In this document: positions 45,996 to 54,176 of the stretch, piece by piece
How the letters are laid out: every line of letters begins with the position of its first letter
Numbering within the stretch: the first letter of the stretch is position 1
DNA from: a virus
IMG/VR virus record: IMGVR_UViG_3300027848_000009
Span: 1 to 64,000 of that record
Length of the DNA stretch: 64,000 nucleotides
Strand: one strand, 5' to 3'
The notes under the pieces: generated by a model
What the model was told of the DNA's origin: nothing
What the model saw: only the letters and a program-made list of their open reading frames with translations
Databases searched by the model: none
Translations under genes and position numbers: made by a program

Positions 45996-46181
45996 TTATC
46001 TGTTCTGTTTGGTTGGTGGGGGTCCGTGTTCGAGGGCCTCTTCCAGAAGTTTCCCGTCAATTGAAAATGTATTTTTTTCCTTGTTGTATCTTTCGCTGTG
46101 GGCGGCGAAAACTATCTCTCCGTCTTCAACGATGGAGAGTGCGGCGTCGTGGCTCGAATCGTTGATGCCGTAGATCCTCAT
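45996..46181 (-). pseudogene. truncated carbamoyltransferase (NodU/CmcH-like N-terminus)
   Basis: MRIYGINDSSHDAALSIVEDGEIVFAAHSERYNKEKN; ends after ~61 aa where low-complexity DNA starts. Confidence 0.75.
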
Positions 46182-46924
46182 CGCGGATCGTCGATATTCC
46201 AGTCGGGCGGAATTTTTTGTGGGTCGACATTTGGGATTTGTTCGGAGGGAATCATGTTTATAATTTCCCTGTAGTTGCTGAATCGTTTCCACCAGTCGTT
46301 GGGTAGATTTGGCAGGAGGTTGTGAATCAGGGTGCGGGCGTGTGGCCAGAATGATGTCATGACGAAACGTTCGCCTGAGGTGACCTCTGTGACTCCATGT
46401 AGGTATTGATGTGAGGCCGGGAACGCGATGAACATTCCGGGTTGTGGCCTGACTTCGATTCCTTGGTGCTCGAAGTAGGTTTGTCCACCTGTGAAGTCGT
46501 TGTTGAAGTAGAGCACGGACGCGATGTCGTATTGGTGGAGGCTGAGCGGGGCGTGTTCGCCCCTGATGGGGCTGAAGATGAGCGTTCCGTCTGAGTGTCC
46601 AACATCTGAGTGTGCTGACTGCTTGTCTCCCTGCACCCATTTACGCATGGCGAAGACGTTTGGTTGGAGAACGGTTTCTCCGAAAAAATCTTCGATGTGT
46701 GTTTTGGCTCGGAGGGAGATTTCCTCAAACAAATCTTGGAGGAAACTCCATTCGTTCTTATCCCTCAGCACGTTGGTGTCTTGTGACCAATGTGAACGCT
46801 CTTGGTAGTCTGCTCCTGCTGGCTGAACCCAAGGACATTCAGTGTTGAAGAAGTGCATGAATGTTCCGCACTCATTCTCTGAGAGGAAATTCGGCGCCAC
46901 GTAAAGTTGGGGGGCGCTACTCAT
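46178..46924 (-). CDS. 2OG-Fe(II) oxygenase (prolyl-4-hydroxylase-like)
   Basis: HSD, SVLYFNNDFTGG, HGVTEVTSGERF. Confidence 0.9.
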   Translation of the reverse strand: MSSAPQLYVAPNFLSENECGTFMHFFNTECPWVQPAGADYQERSHWSQDTNVLRDKNEWSFLQDLFEEISLRAKTHIEDFFGETVLQPNVFAMRKWVQGDKQSAHSDVGHSDGTLIFSPIRGEHAPLSLHQYDIASVLYFNNDFTGGQTYFEHQGIEVRPQPGMFIAFPASHQYLHGVTEVTSGERFVMTSFWPHARTLIHNLLPNLPNDWWKRFSNYREIINMIPSEQIPNVDPQKIPPDWNIDDPR

Positions 46925-46925
46925 G

Positions 46926-47270
46926 TCAGTCGTCTTCTGTTGCGTCGTCTTCTGTTGCGTTTAGGTTGTCATGATAGGAGGCGGCTAGGATTTGCGCCTG
47001 ACGCTCCATCGTGATTGGGTCCAAAATCTTGGGGAGGCTCACTTCAAGATGGCCGATAATTTTGTAGGCGATAACGCTGTTCTCGGTGTCGACGTAGTGG
47101 GGTTGAAGGAGACGAAGGTAGTCCCCGTCCCACATGACCACATAGATGCGTGAATCGTCTCCGTCACCAAACTTGAAGGTACACATTTGCGTGTGCATCG
47201 CATGCCCGGCGGTGCTTAGTTCGGAAATTTGGTCGCTGTCGACGGTTGGGATTTCTGTCTCGTCACTCAT
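46926..47270 (-). CDS. hypothetical protein
   Basis: ORF in operon. Confidence 0.6.
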   Translation of the reverse strand: MSDETEIPTVDSDQISELSTAGHAMHTQMCTFKFGDGDDSRIYVVMWDGDYLRLLQPHYVDTENSVIAYKIIGHLEVSLPKILDPITMERQAQILAASYHDNLNATEDDATEDD

Positions 47271-47299
47271 ACTTTTATCCTAGATGATGGTTGTGTTGT

Positions 47300-47884
47300 T
47301 CATTGTTGGATAGCATAAAAAATTGAAGCAAGTTGATGGATGTATAGGTTCCAACAGTCGGTCCAGAAAACTGTTCCGTTCGTCGGGTCTTGTTGACCGG
47401 CTTTCCAGAACTTTTTGTGCCTATCGAAAATCTGCCTGTTGGCGACTCCGACGACCCATGCCGTGTTGAACCGTTCGATCTCAGAGGAGTTGTTGGCGCT
47501 CCGTTGGAGAGAAACGAAGGCGTAGTAGTCGGCCATTTGATGTTCGTGGTTGTAGGCCGGAAGCGTTGCCTCGTAGTTGGGTCTAGGGGCGACTGTTCGA
47601 TCTTTTGTTTTGACCTCGATGGTCTTTTTTTCGAGTTCAGCGTTGGTGATTCCGAGGTCGTGCTTCGTGGTGTACATGGGCTCGAATTGTATTTTGTTGT
47701 CCTCAAGTACCCGTTCGGACACGATCTCGCCGAGGCATCCGACGATGTTGGCTTCTTCCTTGCGATGTGATCCTCGAAACACCGGGAGGCTTTCAGCCCT
47801 TTCGGTAGCCTTTCGATACATATCGGGGGTGATATTGACTTTCAGGAAACTGGTGTTTTGTCTGCCGGGCACGTCTCGTATCAA
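47300..47884 (-). CDS. PD-(D/E)xK nuclease-like phage protein
   Basis: GCLGE, HDL...IEVKTK.RT..P...YE, DYY.FV. Confidence 0.6.
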   Translation of the reverse strand: MIRDVPGRQNTSFLKVNITPDMYRKATERAESLPVFRGSHRKEEANIVGCLGEIVSERVLEDNKIQFEPMYTTKHDLGITNAELEKKTIEVKTKDRTVAPRPNYEATLPAYNHEHQMADYYAFVSLQRSANNSSEIERFNTAWVVGVANRQIFDRHKKFWKAGQQDPTNGTVFWTDCWNLYIHQLASIFYAIQQ

Positions 47885-47899
47885 CCATACGCAGATCCG

Positions 47900-48592
47900 T
47901 CAACGGTTGTTTTGTTCTGAAGCGAACTGTCCTGTCGTGAGGGCGTAGGGCGGATTGTCGATATGCCATACATTGACCACGATGACCTGCTTGATGCCAG
48001 ACTCGATCGGAGTCGTCTCATGGAGGCGGTGGCCAGCGTCGAATACGACAAGCCGGTCGGGTTTGCACGCGATCCGTTCCCGACGCTCGATCGGAGAGAT
48101 CAAAGATGCGGTGTTTTCCTCTTCGAGTCTCATCGAGCCTTCATCGATGCCGTGTTCGTGAATCTCAAGAAACGACCCTGTTGATTCGCTGAATCCGTAC
48201 CAGACGCAGCCGATCCTCGGACCTTGGAACCATTGAGTGTCCGCGTACAGAAATGTGTCTTCGTCGACGTGCCTAGCAAGAAATTGGCCGTGAACGAAGG
48301 TGCGAACCCAGTATTCGAAGCCTGCCACTTCCTCTTCTGGGAAGGGTAGAAGTCCTGTATCCCGCCATATTTTCTCGATGAGGCGTTGCCGGTTGGTTTG
48401 GGCGGGGGATTCCCACCATCCTGACCAGAAAGCGTATGGCGCGTAGCAGTCAGATTGTTCTGAGTGAAATTCGTTGAGAGTCTTCCCTATGTTTTCTCCG
48501 GGCATTTCCGGAGGGAAGAATGATTGATCTTCTCGTATCGGGTGTTCAAGGTCTGTTCCGGATACGAAATTATCAAAAACGAATAGGGTCAT
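47900..48592 (-). CDS. 2OG-Fe(II) oxygenase-like protein
   Basis: GFEYW...RHVDED, GCVWY, RLVVFDAG..LHETT...K....VNVW. Confidence 0.75.
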   Translation of the reverse strand: MTLFVFDNFVSGTDLEHPIREDQSFFPPEMPGENIGKTLNEFHSEQSDCYAPYAFWSGWWESPAQTNRQRLIEKIWRDTGLLPFPEEEVAGFEYWVRTFVHGQFLARHVDEDTFLYADTQWFQGPRIGCVWYGFSESTGSFLEIHEHGIDEGSMRLEEENTASLISPIERRERIACKPDRLVVFDAGHRLHETTPIESGIKQVIVVNVWHIDNPPYALTTGQFASEQNNR

Positions 48593-48867
48593 TTGTTGAA
48601 GATGGTGACCAGTCGCGCCCGCCAAGATGGCTTCTCAAGGATCGTCACGTAAGTGATTTTTTCCGGCTCGGAAACGGGCGCCGTAACTGTTTCTATGTGT
48701 TGTTTTGGGCGCGGATCGAGGCCAGCGTATGGCCCTACGATCTTCCTAGGTGCAGCTTTTTTTGCGACCGTCTTTTTGACCGTAATCTTCTTAGCGGCAG
48801 ATTTTTTTGCTGCCGGTGTCTTTTTGACCGCTTTCTTGACGGCCTTTTTTTTCTCGCTGTTTGCCAT
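48589..48867 (-). CDS. histone H1-like Lys/Ala-rich protein
   Basis: KKAVKKAVKKTPAAKKSAAKK repeats. Confidence 0.65.
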   Translation of the reverse strand: MANSEKKKAVKKAVKKTPAAKKSAAKKITVKKTVAKKAAPRKIVGPYAGLDPRPKQHIETVTAPVSEPEKITYVTILEKPSWRARLVTIFNK

Positions 48868-48912
48868 TTTGTGTTGCTCCGAATTCTGGTTTATTGAACT
48901 ATTGTACTGGAT

Positions 48913-49542
48913 GTGGATCCGTATTCTGACACATATTCAAAGATCGCGCTGGCACTTACAAGCGCTCAAGTGGCCAAGGAAAGTTTGGTCGCTGAAGAAG
49001 GTGTCGGCAGCGATATTCCCTTCAATTTTTTCGGTTGGAGGGAGTCTGAACTCCTAATGATAGTTCAGTTAGACCCCAGCAAAATGAAAGAGCCAATGGC
49101 CGATCGGTTCGATCTTTGCTGCAGCGCAATGCAGGCCATGAGGCAATATTTCGGATGCACGGAAATAACATTTATTGCAGAAGGTATCCATTCGAGCAAG
49201 CCTGAACTCACCTCGGGGAAAGATCTCGCGCGATTGATGGCTGCCGAGTCTCCGTATGTCCGCGAATGTCTCACCGTGACCCACGTCAAACTGGACGACA
49301 ACTACGTTCCGGAAGCAACATTCGTATCTTGCACTTTCCAGTACCTTGCGGGAGAATTCGTTGTGTGGGACGACGAGAAGGCTTACACCCGTGGTGTTGG
49401 AAAAGTTTTGCGCGAAGTTCCATTCCCGGCTATGATGGCCGCATCCCTACGGATGGGGTTCGAAGATCCTGATGATGAAGAGATAGACAGCATCATGGAG
49501 CACTTCCTTAGTAGGGGATTCAATGTAAATCATTTTGGGTAA
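48913..49542 (+). CDS. hypothetical protein
   Basis: 209-aa ORF. Confidence 0.7.
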   Translation: MDPYSDTYSKIALALTSAQVAKESLVAEEGVGSDIPFNFFGWRESELLMIVQLDPSKMKEPMADRFDLCCSAMQAMRQYFGCTEITFIAEGIHSSKPELTSGKDLARLMAAESPYVRECLTVTHVKLDDNYVPEATFVSCTFQYLAGEFVVWDDEKAYTRGVGKVLREVPFPAMMAASLRMGFEDPDDEEIDSIMEHFLSRGFNVNHFG

Positions 49543-49565
49543 CCTATAGGTAGTAAGGTGGGGGC

Positions 49566-49877
49566 ATGAATCATCCTTTTTACAATTCGGGGAGCAGGTG
49601 GATCGATGGGCTGGAAGTCTCTTTCTCTCAAGCCACACGCGAGCCATGCATGGTGTGTGGCCATCCGACGGGGGATTGTGCGGGAAGCCTTCCGCCACCA
49701 GAAACAATTGCCGGGTTCAACACCATCGAGTCGCTGGTACCGCAGCAAACATTTCTCTTAGAGGAAAACATTTTCGAAGAACGGCAAATAACACCTTTTA
49801 CTGTTGCTCGCGTTTTGAAGTATCCAAAGGGAAAAATCATCCCGCTTCAAGAAGCAAGAAATCTAGGATTGGCTTAA
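49566..49877 (+). CDS. hypothetical protein (PCxVCGHPTGDC motif)
   Basis: TAAGGT-6-ATG leaderless start. Confidence 0.7.
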   Translation: MNHPFYNSGSRWIDGLEVSFSQATREPCMVCGHPTGDCAGSLPPPETIAGFNTIESLVPQQTFLLEENIFEERQITPFTVARVLKYPKGKIIPLQEARNLGLA

Positions 49878-49967
49878 CACTTTCCGTATTTTGTTACCTA
49901 GTACAATCAATAAACGGGCGTTACTAACCCGCAAAAAATCATCCAACTAAATTGAAAGAGTCCAATT

Positions 49968-51893
49968 ATGGCCCTGCTCGCAGAGGAATTCCTAGCCTCG
50001 TACGCCTCAAAGTCGCCTCCATGGGGGTTCAATGGGATGGGGGAAATTGTTTACCTCCGCACCTACAGTCGCCCCAAAGGTGATGGAACCAGCGAAACAT
50101 GGCCAGAAACGGTTCAACGAGTCATTGAAGGCGCCGTTGAAATCGGTGTTCCGTACACTCAGAAGCAAGCCGAAGCTCTCTTCGATCACATGTTCAATCT
50201 GCGATGTTCTTTCTCGGGTAGGGCGTTATGGCAGTTGGGAACTCCACTCGTTAAGGCGTTTAACGCAGCGTCGCTGAACAACTGTTACTTCGTGAACATC
50301 GAGAAGGTGGAAGATTTTGAGTTCCTTTTCGATCATCTGATGCTTGGTGGTGGAGTCGGATTCTCCGTCGAGCGTGCAAAGATTCACGAGTTGCCTAAAG
50401 TCAAGGCGTCAGTCGAAATCACCAATGAGCGAAGCGACGATGCGGACATCATCGTTCCCGACAGTAGGCAGGGGTGGTCTCGTCTCGTCCATTCGGTTTT
50501 GAAGTCCTACTTCTATACGGGCAAGTCGTTCTCTTACTCTACGATCCTCATTCGCGAGTATGGGGCTCCACTGAAGACGTTTGGTGGCACCGCGAGCGGC
50601 CCGGGCGCCCTCATTGATGGCATCGTAGATATCTGCAAGGTGATGGACGCGCGAGTGGGGAAGAAGTTGCGTTCCGTTGACGTCCTCGACATCTGCAACA
50701 TCATTGGTCGCATTGTCGTCTCTGGCTCTAGTCGTCGTTCTGCACAGATCGCTATCGGTGACCCCGATGACGTCCTTTTTTTGCGTGCCAAGAACTGGTC
50801 TAGCGGTTCCGTTCCTGCGTGGCGAGCAAACTCGAACAACTCGGTTTATGCGGACTCTTGGGACGAGATCATCCCCGAGGTTTGGAAGGGTTACGACGGT
50901 TCTGGCGAGCCTTACGGTTTCGTGAATCGCAAGTTGGCCCGTCAATACGGGCGCCTTGGACATAAGAAGCCAGATCCGACCATCGAGGGATACAACCCCT
51001 GCGCTGAGATTGCTCTCGGCGATGGAGAGTCTTGCAACTTGTCAACGATCTTCTTGCCGAAAATCGATTCGTTGGCTCAGTTCCGCGAGGTTTCTGAACT
51101 TCTCTACATGTGTCAGAAGCAGATCACACGGATGGATTACCCGTATGAGAAGACAACGAAGATTGTGTCGAAGAACGCCCGTTTGGGTCAGTCTGTCACT
51201 GGAATTTTGCAGTGCTCAGAGAAGCAACTGTCGTGGCTTGATCCGGTCTACGAGTATCTTGAGGGTCTCGACGAGAAATATTCGGAAGAGCACGGTTTCC
51301 CGAAGTCTGTCCGTCTGACAACAGTTCAGCCTTCTGGCACGTTGGCTCTTCTTCCCGGAGTCACTCCCGGGGTTCATCCCGCTTACTCCCAGCATTACAT
51401 CCGTCGTGTTCGGTTTGGTTCGTCTGATCCGCTCGTTGATTCGTGCCGTAAGCGTGGCTATACGGTCAGGTGGGACGTCGGCATTGACGGGCGAGAGGAT
51501 CACACTCGCTACGTTGTGGAGTTCCCCTGCGAGTCGCCGGAGGGCGCTGTCTTGGCCGCAGATATGACTGCTGTGGAGCAGTTGGAGTGGGTGAAGAAGA
51601 TGCAGACCGACTGGGCCGATAATGCCGTTTCGGTAACAGTCTATTACCGGCTTGAAGAGTTGCCGGAAATTAAGCAGTGGATGTCAGAGAACTACACGAA
51701 TGTCCTGAAGTCGGTGTCATTTTTGCTTCACGCTGACCACAACTTCCCGTTGCCTCCTTACGAGGAATGCACGAAGGAAGAGTACGAGAAGATGCTGGCC
51801 AAGATCGATTTCTCGGTTCCATTGGTCCAGTCGACATTTACGGATGAATTGATGATCGATGACTGCGCCACCGGAGCGTGCCCCATCAAGTAG
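49968..51893 (+). CDS. nrdJ: class II (adenosylcobalamin-dependent) ribonucleotide reductase, monomeric RTPR type
   Basis: RTYSR, GRALW, NNCYF, NPCAEI...CNL, TTVQPSGT, C-terminal CATGACPIK. Confidence 0.93.
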   Translation: MALLAEEFLASYASKSPPWGFNGMGEIVYLRTYSRPKGDGTSETWPETVQRVIEGAVEIGVPYTQKQAEALFDHMFNLRCSFSGRALWQLGTPLVKAFNAASLNNCYFVNIEKVEDFEFLFDHLMLGGGVGFSVERAKIHELPKVKASVEITNERSDDADIIVPDSRQGWSRLVHSVLKSYFYTGKSFSYSTILIREYGAPLKTFGGTASGPGALIDGIVDICKVMDARVGKKLRSVDVLDICNIIGRIVVSGSSRRSAQIAIGDPDDVLFLRAKNWSSGSVPAWRANSNNSVYADSWDEIIPEVWKGYDGSGEPYGFVNRKLARQYGRLGHKKPDPTIEGYNPCAEIALGDGESCNLSTIFLPKIDSLAQFREVSELLYMCQKQITRMDYPYEKTTKIVSKNARLGQSVTGILQCSEKQLSWLDPVYEYLEGLDEKYSEEHGFPKSVRLTTVQPSGTLALLPGVTPGVHPAYSQHYIRRVRFGSSDPLVDSCRKRGYTVRWDVGIDGREDHTRYVVEFPCESPEGAVLAADMTAVEQLEWVKKMQTDWADNAVSVTVYYRLEELPEIKQWMSENYTNVLKSVSFLLHADHNFPLPPYEECTKEEYEKMLAKIDFSVPLVQSTFTDELMIDDCATGACPIK

Positions 51894-52113
51894 ATCGGTT
51901 GTGTTGTTGGCGGAACAGTTGCTCTTTGTTAGCTGGTTCCGCCAACAGTATGCCTTCTTCGTCGCATAGCCAGCAGGTCCGATTGTCGACCCAAAAAACG
52001 AGACATGGGGCGCAACCGTAAACTGTTGAGGTCCATGACATCATCGCCAGTGCGCTGAATCCAACTTTTATCAGGTGGTCCTTGAGGAATTCGGCGGTCG
52101 GGTTGTCAGTCAA
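51886..52113 (-). CDS. small Zn-binding hypothetical protein
   Basis: C.PC...W....CWLC. Confidence 0.5.
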   Translation of the reverse strand: MTDNPTAEFLKDHLIKVGFSALAMMSWTSTVYGCAPCLVFWVDNRTCWLCDEEGILLAEPANKEQLFRQQHNRST

Positions 52114-52472
52114 GGCTTGACACCGAAATAGTTCGTTGCGTGCCCTGAATCTACGAGTTGTTCGTTTAGGGAAATCTCGCATTTTTCGTCGGCGTAGATG
52201 TTGGCAAGAAGACGACCGTATTTGCCTTTTCCGTCTTTGAATGTCTGGACGAAACAGTCCTTGGTCCGGTCGAACCAGTCCTCGACGTAGGCTTTTGCGG
52301 CAAGGCCTAGTTCTTTTTCGGCAAGATTTTTGGTTCTGATCTCAGGGGTATTGATGCCGTACAGTCGGCACCTGACTTTGTGGTGAATGTTGAAACCTAA
52401 ATCGATGGTCAGATCTACTGTGTCACCATCGACAACTCGTTGGAGTTTTGCTTTGTAGGTGTACAGGTTCAT
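52110..52472 (-). CDS. thermonuclease (SNase-like) family protein
   Basis: RVVDGDTVD..IDLGF, RLYGINTPE, GKYGRLLA. Confidence 0.9.
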   Translation of the reverse strand: MNLYTYKAKLQRVVDGDTVDLTIDLGFNIHHKVRCRLYGINTPEIRTKNLAEKELGLAAKAYVEDWFDRTKDCFVQTFKDGKGKYGRLLANIYADEKCEISLNEQLVDSGHATNYFGVKP

Positions 52473-52639
52473 TCGTCGACAAACTTTTCAATCGAGTCCT
52501 TGTTCTTTTTGCGTAAAAAGCGGACACTGTCGTTCTCCACAACAATTTCTTCAAGGTCCTCTGGGGTTCCACGGAAATCTTTTCCGTGACGTTTGTACTC
52601 TTCCCAGTAGTCATTGTCAGCATTACTGTTTCTCGTCAT
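52469..52639 (-). CDS. 56-aa hypothetical protein (leaderless, TATAAT)
   Basis: MTRNSNADNDYWEEYKRHG...; TATAAT 8 nt upstream. Confidence 0.55.
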   Translation of the reverse strand: MTRNSNADNDYWEEYKRHGKDFRGTPEDLEEIVVENDSVRFLRKKNKDSIEKFVDE

Positions 52640-52656
52640 ACAATAACATTATACAT

Positions 52657-52690
52657 AAAAAGAAAATCCCCCGGGTGTTACCCCGGGGGA
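52657..52690 (-). terminator. intrinsic terminator after phage B MCP
   Basis: TCCCCCGGG/CCCGGGGGA stem followed by TTTTCTTTTT on minus strand. Confidence 0.8.
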
Positions 52691-52739
52691 AATTCCACAT
52701 GGTGCGGCATGAATGCCGCCGGTTACGTACCGTTAAACG

Positions 52740-54065
52740 TTAGGCGTCTGCTGGTGCGGAGTTGAAGCTGACGGAGACGAAGGCCTCCGGACGCTTGACC
52801 GCGAGGGCCAGACGCTGCTCTGCGAGCACCACGATCGCGTTGCGAACGAAGAAGTCCGAGTGCTGCTCGGAGATCCGGATGTTCGCTTGCTCTCGATCGT
52901 ACAACTGGGCGCCGGTACCGAACGCACCGACGAGAGCGGTGCCCTCATCGATGGCCGGGGTCTCGACGACCGGGAGACGCCACACACGCGGTTCGCCACC
53001 AAGGGCGACCGAGATGGCTACGAGGTACTGACCGTTGCTGTCCTTGGTCAACTCGATGTCTTCCCAGTCGTTCGGGTGAAGAACGACGCCGGTCGGCTCG
53101 TAGTAGGCAAGGAACGACAGCGTGGCGGCGCGACGAATCGCGTCAGCCTTGGTGTCGGGAACCGGTAAGGTTGCGCCGCTGGACCAGTTGTATGTCTGGA
53201 TGCCAGCAGTGTTCAGCACACCCTCAAGGTTCTCGCCGGTGCCGTCACCAGAGAGGATTTGAGCGTCCTCCTGAAGGCGGAGGCCGTACATCAACTCGTT
53301 GTCGATGATCGAACGCAACTGCGGCTCGTCGGCGAGCACGTTGCGGTGAGCGGCTTCCCAGTGAGCAATGGTCCGCACGGGCGCCTGAACGCCAGTGAAG
53401 GTCATAGCGGACTGCGGCTTGACGCCGAACACGTTAGGCGTACCTGCCGTGCGTTCTGCCACGGTGGCGGCGTTGTTCGTGAATCCTGTCATCCGGAAGT
53501 ACTCGACAATTGCTGCCGAGGTGGTTCGTACCGGGAACAGGTCGCGAACACGCTTGGTGCGCATCGGCGGGATGACGATGGGGTCACGATCGATCGTACC
53601 GAACTGCCCGGGGGTGCCTGAAGGCATAGCCGAGTAGAGGTCCTTGACGTCGTAGCCGTTGGCTGTGGTGAGGGCACCCTTGTACTGGAAGGGCGACGGC
53701 ATGTTGGCGCCGTTACGTCCACCCTGAAGGGTCTTGAACTCTTCTGAGCCGAGGAATGCTTCGCCAACGGACTTGTACCTGGTGCGAGCCTCGCGGAGGC
53801 CCTCTCCGGCGGCGGCGGCGGCGGCGATGGAGTCGCCTTCAGCCTCGGAAGCCCATGCTTCGACGCTCTCAAGCGACTGAAGGCCGGTGATCAATGACTT
53901 GATCTCCTTGATTTCCGTCATGTTGCTGTCGAATGCCGACTTCTGGGCCTGATCGACAATGACAACGCCGTCTTCGATCTGGAATGAATCTGCGATCGCC
54001 TTGTTTGAGGCGGTCTTTTCTCGGAGCGCGGACTGCAACTCCTTGATGCGGTTTGCATCTTCCAT
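52740..54065 (-). CDS. HK97-family major capsid protein
   Basis: AGGAGG SD; VRDLFP, VRTIAHW...R.VLAD.PQL, EDAQIL.GDG, FVRN.IVVLAE.RLALAV.RP.AF. Confidence 0.95.
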   Translation of the reverse strand: MEDANRIKELQSALREKTASNKAIADSFQIEDGVVIVDQAQKSAFDSNMTEIKEIKSLITGLQSLESVEAWASEAEGDSIAAAAAAGEGLREARTRYKSVGEAFLGSEEFKTLQGGRNGANMPSPFQYKGALTTANGYDVKDLYSAMPSGTPGQFGTIDRDPIVIPPMRTKRVRDLFPVRTTSAAIVEYFRMTGFTNNAATVAERTAGTPNVFGVKPQSAMTFTGVQAPVRTIAHWEAAHRNVLADEPQLRSIIDNELMYGLRLQEDAQILSGDGTGENLEGVLNTAGIQTYNWSSGATLPVPDTKADAIRRAATLSFLAYYEPTGVVLHPNDWEDIELTKDSNGQYLVAISVALGGEPRVWRLPVVETPAIDEGTALVGAFGTGAQLYDREQANIRISEQHSDFFVRNAIVVLAEQRLALAVKRPEAFVSVSFNSAPADA

Positions 54066-54176
54066 ATGAATCTCCTCCTTGGAGAAATAATTTGGGTGAA
54101 CGTGGTTGCAAAGACTACGTGAGCACGCGCCCTCTTACATAAAATAATAGACCAACCACAAGGGTTAATATTGCAA

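Noticed and set aside
49968-51893. Intein or intron in the RNR (or in terL)
   Set aside because: Both ORFs are continuous and of normal length, with no intein splice motifs seen.
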